Source of the DNA: Podospora anserina
Lineage: Eukaryota
Direction of reading: 5' to 3'
Assembly: GCA_017654855.1 (NCBI GenBank)
Contig: CM030335.1
Span: 2,418,001-2,482,000 of the forward strand
DNA: 64,000 nucleotides
Every line of letters starts with the position of its first letter. Positions within the stretch are counted from its first letter, which is position 1. This document shows, in pieces, positions 23,816 to 36,584 of this stretch. The notes under the pieces were generated by a model. The model was not told the DNA's origin. It ran no database searches and was given only the letters and a program-made list of their open reading frames with translations. Made by a program: the position numbers and the translations under genes.

Positions 23816-25757
23816 ATGGGCGAGCTTCGGGTGGCTTCGGGTTGGAACATCCTCGGTGACAACAGCACTGCACGTCACAGCACCAGGCGGAACCCTGGGC
23901 TTGTACACCTCGACACAGCATGCTGCTAGCACCGAAATGTGTTGTTCGGCATTTTTGCTAGTCAGGGGCATGGTAGTGCTTTTCAGGTTTCTCTGCTTTG
24001 GTGCGGTGCCTGTTGAACAACCAAAGTAGGTTGGGTTATTCTTCAGGTCAGACCTGCCGTGAGAGGTCCCGTATCGGCGGTTTGCCCATCTTGGAGTAAT
24101 CATGTCCAACAGCTGAGACCAGCTACGTGGATATGTGAGATTAGGAACTATGTTGGGATACATATGGGGTTTTTGGTGTTGCTCAAGGAATAGACAGCAT
24201 CAGGTTCAGACGGCAAACATCGGTTTTTTTTTGAACGGATTTGGGTTTGCCTCGGGAGAGTTCATGAGTCTTGGAAAAGAGACTTTGATCATCTGCCCAG
24301 TAGCAGTTTGGACGGGAAGGACTTGCGGGTGGCTGCAGTAGTATCGAGAGGGTGGTCCACATGGTTGACGCCCTGTGACGCTGTTCATGCATGAAGCTCA
24401 CGTCGGATTCCTGCTGCGGGGAGGCGGGTTTAAAGAAGGAGGAAAGGTGCAGGGTGATGTTGTCAGTCATACAACTCTGGAATATAAGCACGTTCTTTTG
24501 GGGGGTACTGATCAGCAATCTATCACGCACGGTGACACGGCTGGATGGGGGTTGTTCACATGTTCTATCCAAGGCGAGGTTTGATACCTGAAATGCTTGT
24601 TTTGCTGCGGTACCTGGATCTCAGCAAGGTCATGCCAAATCAATCCGAAATCAAAAACAAAAAAAACAAAAAAACCACCATCCGAAGGGGATGGGACCTA
24701 GCTGTCTAGTCAGGCACCGGGGGATTCAAGTTTTGGTCATCTCATCGACTTCGTCTGGTAGATCGGACGGCGCAATCTCGTCATATGGGCTAGGTCAGAA
24801 GACTATCTTATCATCATCATCATTTACCACTCAGTGCTACCATTCGAATTCTATCTCACTCTTTGAGCTCCTGCTGGATTAGGCAGGTCTGAGAAGGATT
24901 GACCAATCATGATCTATTTTCATTGAGCTATACTCTTACACCCTTCGGCATTTATTTTGATTTACACAGAGCCAGACCACCATCGTCAACGACAACATCA
25001 ACGAGCCGCCAAAAGATTCGACCGAAACACACATATGGCATTTTCCGGACAGCAGGTTTTTTTTTTTTTAACTTTGACGCTTCACCTTGGCTCTTGGTGT
25101 GGTGGAGTGTGTAACGGCCGCCTACCTGCTGCATGCGAGCAATGGGTCAACCATTCTTGCATTGCAGGAAGGTGGTTGGTCCGCATATGTCGTCCGACTC
25201 GCCAGCATGTGTGTGTGTGTGTGTGTGTGCGTGGGTGCTTTGGAGGAGGAGGAGGAGGTTGGGTGGGTGAGATGGGATGGGATGGGCAATCTACTTTTTT
25301 GTCAGGTTGCTTACTACCATGAGTAGGGGAGGTAGGTAGCCATGTGTCTGCCTGCCTTGAGTAAGGTAGGGGCAGGAGGGGGGAGTGAGTGGTTTGATTC
25401 TGGTTTTAATGATGTCTTGCCCCGGGGTGGCATTCCTGACCACCATCTTTTCCTTTCCCTTCCCACATTTTGGGTCTTGTTCTCTTGTCTCATCATTGCC
25501 AACCGGGGATTTTGGATGGGTGTTTCTTGCGGTGGTGGGTTATTATATCATACTGCACTCCTCTCGCTTTAGGTTTTGGTTTTGCTGATTGAGCCTCGTC
25601 GTTTTGTTTCTTGTTATCACAGTGCTTCATGAGGCTATATTGGCGATTTATACCTACCTTCGCGTTCTCGCCCTTGGCCAGACGGACATCCCTCCCTCCC
25701 TTTTGAACTGTCACCTTTCCTTTCACAGAACCCAGGGAGGAATAAGCATAAACAGCC

Positions 25758-27425
25758 ATGCGTATCCTCTGTGGAATGGCCGCCTTTCTGGCGGCAAGCC
25801 ACTCCGTTGTGGTGGTGGTGGTGGTGGCTGCAGCAGAAGCACCACAACAACGACAACATATGGCCTGGCCCTCAGCGGAGCCAGCATCAGCAAACCAGAA
25901 GCTCCCATCTTATCGGCACCCAAAGTACCGCCCTGACCGCAAGAGGGCGAATGCTGTCAAGCAGGCTTTCAGGATTTCGTGGGATGGTTACTACAAGCAT
26001 GCGTTTCCTCATGATTCGCTGAGGCCCGTGTCGAATTCGTTCGAGGATGACAGGAACGGATGGGGAGCCAGTGCTGTCGACGCCTTCAGCACGGCGTTGA
26101 TCATGGGGGAACACAAGATCATTGACCAGATCTTGCGCTACATCCCCGACATCAACTTCAACCACACCGACAGTGAGGTATCGTTGTTTGAGACGACGAT
26201 TCGATATCTAGGTGGGCTGTTATCTGCCTACGACCTCCTCACCGGCCCCCTGAAACCCCATTTCGACTACAGCACCCACCAAACCTCCCTCATCCTCCAC
26301 CAAGCTGTCCGCCTGGCCGACAACCTCAAAGTCGCCTTCGACACCCCGACCGGAATCCCCGACAACGACCTCTTCTTTTCCCCCCCTCGCAAAAAGGGCT
26401 CAACCTCCAACGGCCTCGCCACAGCCGGAACCCTGGTCCTCGAATGGACCCGCCTCTCGGACCTCACCGGCGACCCTCAATACGCCCGCCTGGCCCAAAA
26501 GGCAGAAAAGTACCTCCTCCACCCCAAAAACCCAGCCATGGGGGAACCCTTCCCCGGCCTCCTCGGCTCCTCCCTCAACCTCGACACCGGCCTCTTTGAA
26601 GACGGCGCCGGCGGCTGGGGCGGCGGCACAGATAGCTTCTACGAATACCTCATCAAGATGTACCTCTACGACCCCTCCCGCTTTTCCGTCTATCGCGACC
26701 GCTGGGTGTTGGCGGCCGACAGCTCCATCCGGTATCTGACATCCCACCCCACCACCCGGCCCGACCTAACCTTCCTCGCCATGTGGCGCAACCGCACCCT
26801 GCACTACTTCTCCGAGCACCTCGCCTGCTTCAGCGGGGGAAACTTCATCCTCGGCGGCCTGACCCTCGACTCCCCAGCCTACCTCGGCCTCGGCCTCGAC
26901 CTCGTCGCCGGGTGCAGAGCAACCTACACCGGCACCCTCACGGGAATAGGACCGGAAATCTTCCAATGGCAGGATGACACCGCCCCCCTGAACGCAAGCA
27001 ACAACTCCCCTCCCCCGACCCATCAGAAACTCATGTACAGCCGGGCTGGGTTCTGGGTTACGAACGGGGGGTATCAGCTGCGTCCTGAGGTGATTGAGAG
27101 CTATTACTACGCCTACCGGGCGACTGGCCATCAGAAATATCAGGAGTGGGTTTGGGAGGCGTTTTTGGCTGTGAATGCCACGTGCAGGGTTGGGAGCGGG
27201 TATAGTAGTTTGATGGATGTCAACTTGCCGGAGGGGGGTGGGTGGACGGATTTTCAGGAGAGTTTTTGGTTTGCGGAGGTGATGAAGTATGCTTATCTGG
27301 TCTTTGCGGAGGAGGCGCCGTGGCAGGTGAAGGCCGGGCTTGAGAATCGGTTTGTGTTTAATACCGAGGCGCATCCGATCAGGGTCGCGGGCGGGAGGGA
27401 GAAGTATGGGGGGTGGAGGGGGTAA
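25758..27425 (+). CDS. GH47 alpha-1,2-mannosidase, 555 aa, N-terminal signal/anchor
   Basis: AFPHDSLRP, GWGASAVDA, SLFETTIRYLGGLLSAY, DSFYEYL, EHLACF, LRPEVIES, ESFWFAE..KY, FNTEAHP. Confidence 0.95.
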   Translation: MRILCGMAAFLAASHSVVVVVVVAAAEAPQQRQHMAWPSAEPASANQKLPSYRHPKYRPDRKRANAVKQAFRISWDGYYKHAFPHDSLRPVSNSFEDDRNGWGASAVDAFSTALIMGEHKIIDQILRYIPDINFNHTDSEVSLFETTIRYLGGLLSAYDLLTGPLKPHFDYSTHQTSLILHQAVRLADNLKVAFDTPTGIPDNDLFFSPPRKKGSTSNGLATAGTLVLEWTRLSDLTGDPQYARLAQKAEKYLLHPKNPAMGEPFPGLLGSSLNLDTGLFEDGAGGWGGGTDSFYEYLIKMYLYDPSRFSVYRDRWVLAADSSIRYLTSHPTTRPDLTFLAMWRNRTLHYFSEHLACFSGGNFILGGLTLDSPAYLGLGLDLVAGCRATYTGTLTGIGPEIFQWQDDTAPLNASNNSPPPTHQKLMYSRAGFWVTNGGYQLRPEVIESYYYAYRATGHQKYQEWVWEAFLAVNATCRVGSGYSSLMDVNLPEGGGWTDFQESFWFAEVMKYAYLVFAEEAPWQVKAGLENRFVFNTEAHPIRVAGGREKYGGWRG

Positions 27426-27694
27426 GGGGAGGGAGAAGAGGGGGGAGTGATAGGTAGGGTTGGGCCGAGGACGGGTCTCCGGGTGGAGGTATAGACTGGA
27501 TTGAACGAGGCTGTTATGGCAACAAGGGATATATAGATAGGAAAGAAGGGGTGGTGCTGGATCGTGGGGAGGTGGTGAGTGTGAGCGAGTGCGGCCGAGA
27601 TGGTGGAGTATAAAGTTTACAAGAGGAGGCACCGGTCCCGTTCTAGGTAGACAATTCCGGCGCCGTTCTAAATAATAAAGGAAAGCCGTTTCAG

Positions 27695-27935
27695 GGTTTG
27701 CTCTACTTGATAACAAAACCCCCCCTCACCCATTCAAAAACTTTTCTCTCCCATTCTTCTCTTCAGCAACATTTCCCCAACCCAGTTTTCCATCCATCTT
27801 GGCCGCATTTCTTTCATTAGGTTACACCAGTCATTGGCATACCTTACCTAGTCGGCACAATGTCCCATACCGGGCATACACCCATCCCCCTACTACCACT
27901 ATCTTTAAAAGGCGCAATGACCATCGTTGAAGGCA
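27695..27935 (-). pseudogene. Decayed coding fragment, copy B (paralogous to 1083-1345)
   Basis: Minus frame reads YARYG..(shift)DIVP..YANDWCNLMKEMRPRWMENWVGEMLLKRRMGEKSF*. Confidence 0.55.
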
Positions 27936-28101
27936 TAGTTTTACAACATCACATGGTGTCAACCTACTTGTGTGTATCAACTGTTTTGCAGTGAGGATGC
28001 CGCTGTCTTTCATCCATCTTGATAGTCATTCATATATTCCAACAACCCCCTTCCTTCTCATAATTATCAGAAGAGAAAACACCACCATCACCTCCAAAAC
28101 A

Positions 28102-28250
28102 CCGGTTACCAATGATTGCCGAGCAAGTCTTTTCGGTCAAGACGCGCTCTGATAGCACACCTCATCTAAGGCACATCATACCTCGTCAAAAGCACAATAT
28201 TGGAGCGCGTCTTGACCGGAAAGACTTGCTCGGCAACCACCAAGAACCGG
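28102..28250. repeat. Long inverted repeat / hairpin (MITE-like or small-RNA-precursor-like)
   Basis: 28116-28154 matches the reverse complement of 28198-28236 at 36/39 positions; weaker pairing extends to CCGGTT/AACCGG. Confidence 0.9.
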
Positions 28251-28328
28251 CTCATCATTACCATTACAAAGTAAATATCCAAGAAAAATAACCCTCCCTC
28301 CCCCCCTGCACCCATCACTCATCAACTA

Positions 28329-29751
28329 TCAAACCTTCCTCTCCCACTCCCCCCTCAACTCCTCCAACCTCTTCCACACCCCTCCACCCAACTCCTTGAA
28401 TTCCTCCAACCTCTCCTCTTTGACCATCTCCATCCCCCCCTTCCGTCCACTCAACAACCCCTTGTCCTTCAACTCTTCAACATCTTCCACCCTCCCCTCC
28501 CACCCCCACCCATCCACCTCCGTCTTCCTGACATACACATTCCCCCACCGATCCGCCGCACTCCCCCACTTGACCCTCTCGGCCCGCTCACTATCCAACG
28601 CCTCCTGCTCCTGCAGCGCCAGCCAAGCAGGCGCCATACTCCCGTTGTACCCCGTGATCGGATGCCACGGCGAACCCAGCCACCTCACCAGATAAAGCAC
28701 AACCTGATACCAAAAAAACATGAACGCGTTGAGCGGAAAAAGCGTCGTCTGGACGATGCCCGGATGCGCTAGGTACATCTTGGGTGGCGTCTCGTCTTCC
28801 GCCACAGAAAAATACTGATCAACGTACGGTTTCGACGTCGGGAGGGACGACGTCAGCGCCAAAACGTCAGTCAGTCGTTTGGTCGACTCGTAGGCGGCGT
28901 CGGTTTTGAGGGCTTGAAAATCTTCTAGGGAAAAGGTGTCCCAGTCTGCGTCGATGCTGCTCTCCCAGATGATTCTTCCGGGGGGCAGGGCGGATGGCTT
29001 GGGGCGGGAGAGCAAGGGGACCAGTTTCTGCGCAAAGAGGTAGTGGCCAAAGACGTTTGCGCAAAAGACTTCTCCCATTGTCTCCTTGCTCCCCGGGACG
29101 GGGGCGATGGTTTGGCCCGAGTTGCCCCCCTTGAAGGTCGGCCATGTTGTTGCTGAGACGATGCCCTTGGTGAGGATGTTGTGGGCGACTTTTCCCCAGT
29201 TGAGACCGTACCAGCCGCCGATGCCGGCGTTGAAGATTATGGAGTCCAACCGGGGGATCTTGACGTCTTCCAGGGATTCAAAGTCGGGGGACGTGGAGGG
29301 GGAGGAGGAGAGGGTGCCATGGAGGAGCTGGTCGGCGGCGGCGGTGATGCTGGGGAGGTTGCAGAGGTCGAGTTGGACCGAAAGGATGTGAATGCGGCGG
29401 GTGGCTTGGTGGGGGTCGTAGTTTTGGCCGGTGCGGGAGCGGAGGGCGGGGGAGGATTCGGCGAACTGTAGGGCGTGGGCGCGGAGGGCGGTGACGGTTT
29501 CTTGGGACTTTTTGGCCGAGCGGGTGGTGGGAATGAGGATGAGGTGGGAGGTCAGGGAGCGGGTGGAGAGGTAATCGTCGATGAGGCGTTGACAGATGCC
29601 GAAGCCGATGCCGCTGTTGGGGCAGATGTCAGGGGCCGCTGGGAGCTTAAACGTTCGAGATGGGATGGATTGGGACTTACCTGTTGGCACCTGTCACCAG
29701 GACAAATAAGGTGTCCTTTTCAGGAGCTCGGTCCCAAGGTGGTGGTACCAT
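28329..29751 (-). CDS. ERG27: 3-keto-steroid reductase, 451 aa; intron 29680-29614
   Basis: Spliced VLVTGANSGIGFGIC, NAGIGG, VFCANVFGHY, AYESTKR (YxxxK), HPGI..T, LGSPWH. Confidence 0.93.
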
Positions 29752-30474
29752 GGTGTCGATTAAAGATGAACAGTGTTTGAAGCGTGGTCGAAGAAGTATC
29801 GGGGGGTCCGCTGAGCTATAAGAGCTGGTCGGGGTGCCGTTTTGGATTCGGTACAAGGTGGAGAGAATCCGGTATTTGGAGTGGGTTGGTGGCTGAAAAC
29901 CAGTGGTTCAGAATGATTTATTAATATTATGCCGCCGTGACAGCAAAGCTATGGCTTCTTTTTGCTTTGGTGATACGTCGTCAGGTCAGCAGTGGTGGTG
30001 GTACAGTACACAACAAGTTCAGTTTCCTGGGCGAGTCGGTGGAGCTGTTGATATCCAAACTGCCAAATTTCCCGGTGGATCGATCAGCAGCTGGAGCAAG
30101 GTAAGGCGGACATCATCAGTCTAACCCAGAGAGTTCTCTTTAGTTCGGACTTTTCAGCTTAGAGCACGGATCACTCGATGGATCAAGCAACCGAGCAACG
30201 TTCCCTGATCAAAGAGCTTTGAGACCGCCCGAGACCATCTGAGCAGACAGTCAGGTTTTGTCTGACCGGCCGCATCGACAACTCCTCGACAATTCCTCGA
30301 CAATTCCTCGATAATCGGCATCTGGTGTAGCTGGACTTTTGTTGTCCCCGCTTTCCCATCACACCCTGTTACCTCAGCGGCACCACCCGTGCCATCCCCA
30401 CTTTAACTTTGTGCCCCCAATCTAACAAGGCTGAAGACTGACATCTGACATCTTGACAACAACATCCAATCGAC

Positions 30475-31605
30475 ATGATGCCGTCAAAAGTCCTGATCTT
30501 TACTGGCGCTCCCGAGAGTAGCACGCTTGATTGGGAATCCGGGCTGCTGTCAGCCTTTTCCGATCCGATTGCCCGGTTTGCAGGAATCACAACAGACAGC
30601 CAACAGCCTCGTCCGGCAATCGAGGATCACGCTGCCTGGAGATCGTTGACACTGGAGAGGACTGATATCCCACACGACCGCCAGAAGCAGGTCGCTCTTG
30701 ACCCCTGCTACGATGAATCAGCAGACTTTCTTCCAGGGACGGGACCCGACTTCTTCACAACAGTATATACTGCCTCTTTCGCATCGACCAGAATCGGAGA
30801 ATCTCAATCTCAGGTTCAGTCTCGGGCCGAGTCCCAGAACCATGCGTTGTCACAGCTCTACGAGCACTCAATAGCAATCCATCAGGAAATGCCCTCTTCC
30901 CACCTTGTCAATCACCACAGCCAAAGCGACCAGTCAGACTCTTGTATCAGCAACGAGACTACCTCTTTTCTGTCTGATGGCCCCAGCCAACACGAGCCCG
31001 CGAGGGGGCCGTTGCCTTTTCGGGGAGATTCTCACCTCACCGACCTGAAAGATATCCCACCAGCCTCGTGTCTTACCAAGATCATGCCGCAGACCGCGAG
31101 CGTCAACTTGATTGCAGGCATCATCTCGGTTGCCCGGCCTCGAGTTGTCAACACCCGATGGGGCTCAAAGCATCTGGTGGAGATTTTGGTTGGTGACGAG
31201 ACCAGAGCTGGTTTCACCGTTACCTACTGGCTACCATCAGATGATGTTGAGAAAAGCTGCCTTGCCGGACTGCGGCCCGGAGACATTGTCCTAATGCAGA
31301 ACATTGGGCTGAATGTGTTTCTGGAAAAGGTCTATGGGTCCAGTCTCCGCAAGGATCTCTCCAAGGTCCACCTTCTCTACCGCGTGAAACTCGACTCCCA
31401 AGAGAGCGGCGGCCACTACGCAGCATCGGATCTGGCGTCCACGACTAATCGGCATCCCCAGCTGGACAAGACACGCCAGGTTCGAGATTGGGTTCTGAAC
31501 TTTGTCGGTGGTGGTGCCCGGCACCAGGGCAAGTCCAAAAACAAGCCGGCCAACCCCAAGCGTCGTTGGGAACGACCACCAGACGACGATACCCAGCTGC
31601 CTTAA
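30475..31605 (+). CDS. Putative OB-fold nucleic-acid-binding protein, 376 aa
   Basis: C-terminal beta-rich VNLIAGIISV...LVEILVGDETRAGFTVTYWL...LRPGDIVLMQNI pattern typical of an OB fold; disordered N-terminal half. Confidence 0.75.
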   Translation: MMPSKVLIFTGAPESSTLDWESGLLSAFSDPIARFAGITTDSQQPRPAIEDHAAWRSLTLERTDIPHDRQKQVALDPCYDESADFLPGTGPDFFTTVYTASFASTRIGESQSQVQSRAESQNHALSQLYEHSIAIHQEMPSSHLVNHHSQSDQSDSCISNETTSFLSDGPSQHEPARGPLPFRGDSHLTDLKDIPPASCLTKIMPQTASVNLIAGIISVARPRVVNTRWGSKHLVEILVGDETRAGFTVTYWLPSDDVEKSCLAGLRPGDIVLMQNIGLNVFLEKVYGSSLRKDLSKVHLLYRVKLDSQESGGHYAASDLASTTNRHPQLDKTRQVRDWVLNFVGGGARHQGKSKNKPANPKRRWERPPDDDTQLP

Positions 31606-31986
31606 GCTTCTACCCTGAAATACAGTAAGGCATTTCCTATCTGTGCGGTGTTGTCATCGAAAACTCTTGACGATATCGACGGCCGCCGGAGGTGGTTCCA
31701 TTTGCTGAGCGCGCATACCCCTGTCAACGCCGGTCTTGGCGGCACGGTCCAGCTGCTGAGACCCTCCCGTGGCTGTGAATGGACTCTTCGAACATGCTTT
31801 GCGTGGCCTCCGCGTCAGAGGGGAAATTACGACTACGCGGCTTTGGTCCACAGGGATTGGCTGCCGTTGACATATAACGATAGAAGCATTCGTGACGAAG
31901 CTCAATCGCCTCAAACAAACACAGCCAAGTCTTGACCACCTTAATCCCCCGCCTACAAGGTCTACCTTGGCAGAAAGCTTTCAAAA

Positions 31987-33429
31987 ATGATGCGCAGACG
32001 CCACAAGAAATCACGCCGGGGATGTCTGGAGTGCAAGAAGCGGCATATCAAGGTGAGTTGTGCTCGATCACTATACAGAAACATGTTCAACCGCCGACAA
32101 CGGTTTGCAGTGCGATGAAACCCGGCCACGGTGCATCAACTGCACGACTGTGGAGAGGGAGTGCCAGTACTCGACCCCTGGATATCAATCACCTTCCGAG
32201 ACCTCAGGGAGTCCCGCGCCGGTATCTCAACAGACGCCCTTCCAAGGCTCCGTCTCGACCCCTGCCTCGGGGGCGGCCTCGGACCACAGCATGCCCGCTC
32301 CGGCTCTCTCGCCGGAGGCACCGGCACCACCTATGCTGGACATGCGAACTTTTCCTCACACTGGGGACATGAACGGCAAAGTCGACATCGTGCACATGCA
32401 GCTGTTTTATCACTACGTGACCAACCACTCGGTCATCTATCCGTTTGTCGATTACGATGGTAGACTGAAACGCATCATTGTCGAAGTTGCCCTCCGAGAG
32501 CCGTTTCTTTTGCACTCGATCCTCGCAATGGCAAGCCGGCATCTGAGCATGACCGGAACCGGCAACACGGCCTACTACCACGACCTTGCCATTGAGCTTC
32601 AGACGCAAGCCTTGTCTCTATTCAACAGCTTCGATGTCGAGCATTTTGCCCAGTCGATCGAGCGACGAGTGCCCGTCTTCCTGTTCTCTGCGATCCTAGG
32701 CTTCCATGCCTTGTGCGACATGCTGGCGTACCAAGACGACACCTATCCCTCCAACCTGGCCAGGCTTACAGGATACTTTCGTCTCCATCGAGGCATTCTT
32801 TCCGTCATGGAAGGCCACTGGGAAGATCTCAAGAAGACGGAGCTTAGCATCCTCTTTGACCACATCGTCCCTCGTTGGTATGAGATCAGTGATGATGACG
32901 GGGGCTCGGATTGCGACGACATCAAACAACGAGTTCGGGAATCCCCAGATCTGGATGACGGGCAGCGGGAGGCGTTTTTCAAGGTCCTCAAGTATCTCCA
33001 GTGGGTGTTTGATGCCACGCCCAACTATCGCAGCCGAGCTCATATGTTGTGCAGTTTTGCGTAAGTTGACTTCGCACGAATGGTGAGACGACGACTGACT
33101 TTAGCAGTGTGATGATTCCTAGACCCTTTGTCGACGCTGTCGAGGCAGGCAAGCCTGAAGCGCTGGCCATACTCGCCTACTTTTATGTCGCCCTGCATTT
33201 CTGTCGTGACATCTGGCTGATTGGAAACTCGGGCCAGTTTCTGTTGACGTCGGTCGCCACTCACCTCAACCAGCTCGGCCCAGAGTGGTCGGCCTGGTTG
33301 GAGAAGCCATGTCAAATGCTGCGGGAGTCTTTGGAGGAGGACAAACTCAACACCCGGTCCTCTGCCACCAGCATCGCCTCGGCTTCACCCCTGCCAACCT
33401 GGAGCCATTCAGGACTCGACGATCCATGA
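31987..33429 (+). CDS. Zn(II)2Cys6 transcription factor (Upc2-like architecture), 445 aa; exons 31987-32052, 32111-33060, 33108-33429
   Basis: RRRHKKSRRGCLECKKRHIK|CDETRPRCINC......CQY; PFLLHSILAMA; PEALAILAYF. Confidence 0.9.
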
Positions 33430-33537
33430 GTGGCTACACAGTGCCCTATGTCACATGATTTCTCTGGGCAAACTGGACCATCTCAGCCTGAGACCAGTCG
33501 GTCACCCACCGCTCCACCACAACCTCAACGACCAGCG

Positions 33538-33569
<32 letters not shown>
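33538..33569. repeat. (TG)n microsatellite just upstream of the GNAT ATG
   Basis: Direct reading. Confidence 0.9.
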
Positions 33570-33571
<2 letters not shown>

Positions 33572-33578
33572 CGCCGCA

Positions 33579-34456
33579 ATGGGTCACGATATCGTCATCT
33601 CCCGGCCCTCCGAGGCTGATGCCGGGCGCATCGCAGAAATCCACATCTCCGCCATGGGTTCGAACCCACTCCTGCATGCACAGTTTCCCACGCCAGAAGG
33701 TCTCCAGGCGCTTCGCCGCTTTCTCGAGGCCGAGACGCTCGACGAGATTCGCGACGCAGTGTCTGGTGTTTTGGTCTCGCGGGATGGCCCAGATGGACCG
33801 GTGACTGGGTTCGTGAAATGGACCTCCCCATCCCATCCCCAGGATGTCAAGCTTGAAAGGGGCGATATTGTCCACCTGGAGGGATGCTGCCGTCGGTTTT
33901 TGGATGAATACGCTTCGCTCGCCGAGCAAGCCAAGGAGAGATCGGTGCGAGATGAGCCGCCTTGCTACCGTAAGTGTGCTCCCACCAGCTTATCCCGTGC
34001 TGGCGTTGCTTGGCGGCGCGGGTGTATCCTAGACAGATATGCAAAGTCTGGGGAAGTTGCAATGCCGTCATCAATATCTGGCTCCGAGAACGTCCGAGGG
34101 GAGCCTTGTTTACGTCCGTTTTCATGATAATCGTCACCCGGGCCGGGCCGCCTCCTCCGATGTTTTCAGGCAAAGCTAATCGACTGTACGGGTTAGGATT
34201 GAGTTTTGTCTGTGCGGATCCTGAATATCAGGGTAGAGGGATAGGTACGCAGTTGACTCGGAAGGTATTGGAGCTGGCCGAGGAGGACAACCTGGCGGTC
34301 TACCTGGAGAGCACCGATGTGGCGGTCTCTATTTATCAACGACTTGGATTTCGTGCTATCGACAGTTTCGAAATGCAAATTCCGGGCCGACAAGAGACAG
34401 AGAGGGTGGTTTACAAGGAGGTGTGCATGATATGGTACCCTTCTGGCAAAAGATAG
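33579..34456 (+). CDS. GNAT-family acetyltransferase, 216 aa; intron 33970-34196
   Basis: VCADPEYQGRGIG acetyl-CoA motif; YLEST..A..IYQRLGF. Confidence 0.9.
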
Positions 34457-36339
34457 CAATTCCCGGCCGACTAGCCCACACAACGAATCGGTCCTTTCCC
34501 AATGTCGGTCATATATTACAGTCGATAGTAGCAAAGATATTATCCGGCCTCGGATTGGCCAATTTCAGAAAGCGTTGAACAAGAAGAAGATTCCAACTGA
34601 TACACTTACACTAGATCTAGATCAAGGCAACGGTTGCTGGCTGCTGGCTGCTAACTAAACCCCCCCCCCCACACACACCCTGATGACGGGCTTCATCCTG
34701 GGGAAAACAACCCCAGATTTCCACCCTGGACACGTGCTTTTTGGACTCCAACAACAAGTTCTCCAATATAGGGTCTGTTCCTTCAACAAAAGAGAAACAA
34801 GGTTCCACCCGACACATGTGTCGCACGACAGTAGAGGATCAGGACGGGTTATATGTTCTGCATCACTTGACCTCTTTTGAGCTTCAGCCTTGGGGTTGAA
34901 CAAGACCTCCTGTTCAACCCCAGAATTAGAACCCCCGCGGCCCTGCCGTGTGCGTGCAACCGCACAAAGCAGCCGGGGGGGGACCCTGTGGATGTCTCCT
35001 CTCCGCATTGCGGGGTGGGGGGGGGGGGATGGATGGATGGATGGATAGAGGGGTTCAGCGGAATGATGATGATGAGTGGGAAGGGAAGGGTGGCACATGG
35101 CATATCGAATGCTCGTCAATTTTCTTTCACACCACATCGGATTGTTGTTCATCCAATTGTTTTCTAGAGATTCCGGCAGGCAACATGGCGGTGTCAAAGT
35201 TTTTGGAGGGGATTGTGACATGATGTTCTGTGGGGGAAGACTGATGATGATGATGATAGAGACGGGACTGACAGCAAATGCTTGACGAACAGAACTACGC
35301 AGACAACAAATGGAACACCACAACGAAAAAGAGTCGGATGGTAACACCAGCCTCGTCAAATCAGCAATAATCGGCAGAGGGCCATGCCATCCAAGAAATC
35401 CCCAAGCGTTTGCCAAGTTGGTTTCATGACCGCCTTTTCCGATTCAAAACTGGTGTGGTGTCGGTGTCGTGTGTGTCGTGCATTTGGCTGCGACAGCAGC
35501 ACAAGTCGGCATTTTTATTTTGTTTTTGTTTTTCTGGAGGAGAGAGCGCGAGTGACTGACTCGAACCATTACGTTACAAGTATTCCCAAACGGGCGGACA
35601 GCAGCAGGGGGCCCCGCAGCTACATGCGGAAGACATTCCAGGTTCCGGCGCCGGGCAGTCATCAGGCCCGGCTCTTTTTCGATCTGGGCTTACCGTTGGC
35701 CGCCCCACAGCCGGCTGCAGCGAGTGTTTTTCCCCAGGGGTACGTACACACGCGACCGTTATCGCCGGCTTACAATTATGTTTCTCGCAATTGAATCTCG
35801 GAGAGGGGGCCTGTGATAAGGCTGTTTGTTTCGTTTCGCTATCGGTTGGACATGCATATCATCAAACAGCCAGAGAACACAAGCACAAGCGACCACAGAA
35901 ACGGGAATAGATGGGTGATGGACACACCTACACTATCACCCTACCTACCTACCTATCTACCACCTATTACAGGCGGCATCTACCTATCTCACGGGAAGCC
36001 CAGTCTTCAAAGGAGGGGGTGGGTGCTCTTCCCGTCGTACCCTGTAGTGTAGGTGTTAGTGAATGACGTTTCCATCACCAAGAACCGCCGCAGCGGATCC
36101 TGGTCCACAGAGGTCCATCGCTAATTCCAACTTGATCGTCTCCGAATGTCTGGGCACCAGTTCTGACAGTCCGCTTTCTGCGTTTCGTTACCTCACACAT
36201 TCTGGGACATCTCGAGCTTCCATCTTGCTGCTGTCTGAGCCATTCCTTATTACCCATTGGCCTGGCTCCAGAACAGACCGCCCGTTCGTTGTTCCTTACA
36301 TTCTCCATCAGTGGGGAAGACTCCAACGTCACAAGCAGC

Positions 36340-36458
36340 CACCACCACCACCACCACCACCATCACCACCATCACCACCATCACCACCATCACCACCATC
36401 ACCACCATCACCACCAGCCCGGAAAAAACAAACAGCAACAACAACAACAACAACAACG
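36340..36458. repeat. (CACCACCAT)n / (CAA)n microsatellite block
   Basis: Direct reading. Confidence 0.9.
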
Positions 36459-36584
36459 AGAAAACCACAACGTTTTATTAATTACGACGTTCAAACTGGG
36501 ACCCCTGCCCACATCACTTTCAAAACGGATTCCCACGCGTGTGTGTACGTTTGAACCATTCTTCGACGACTACGCAAATGACGC

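Noticed and set aside
30281..30316. Three 11-bp tandem units (TCCTCGACAAT) as a CRISPR-like or regulatory array
   Set aside because: No spacers; a simple slippage minisatellite in eukaryotic DNA.
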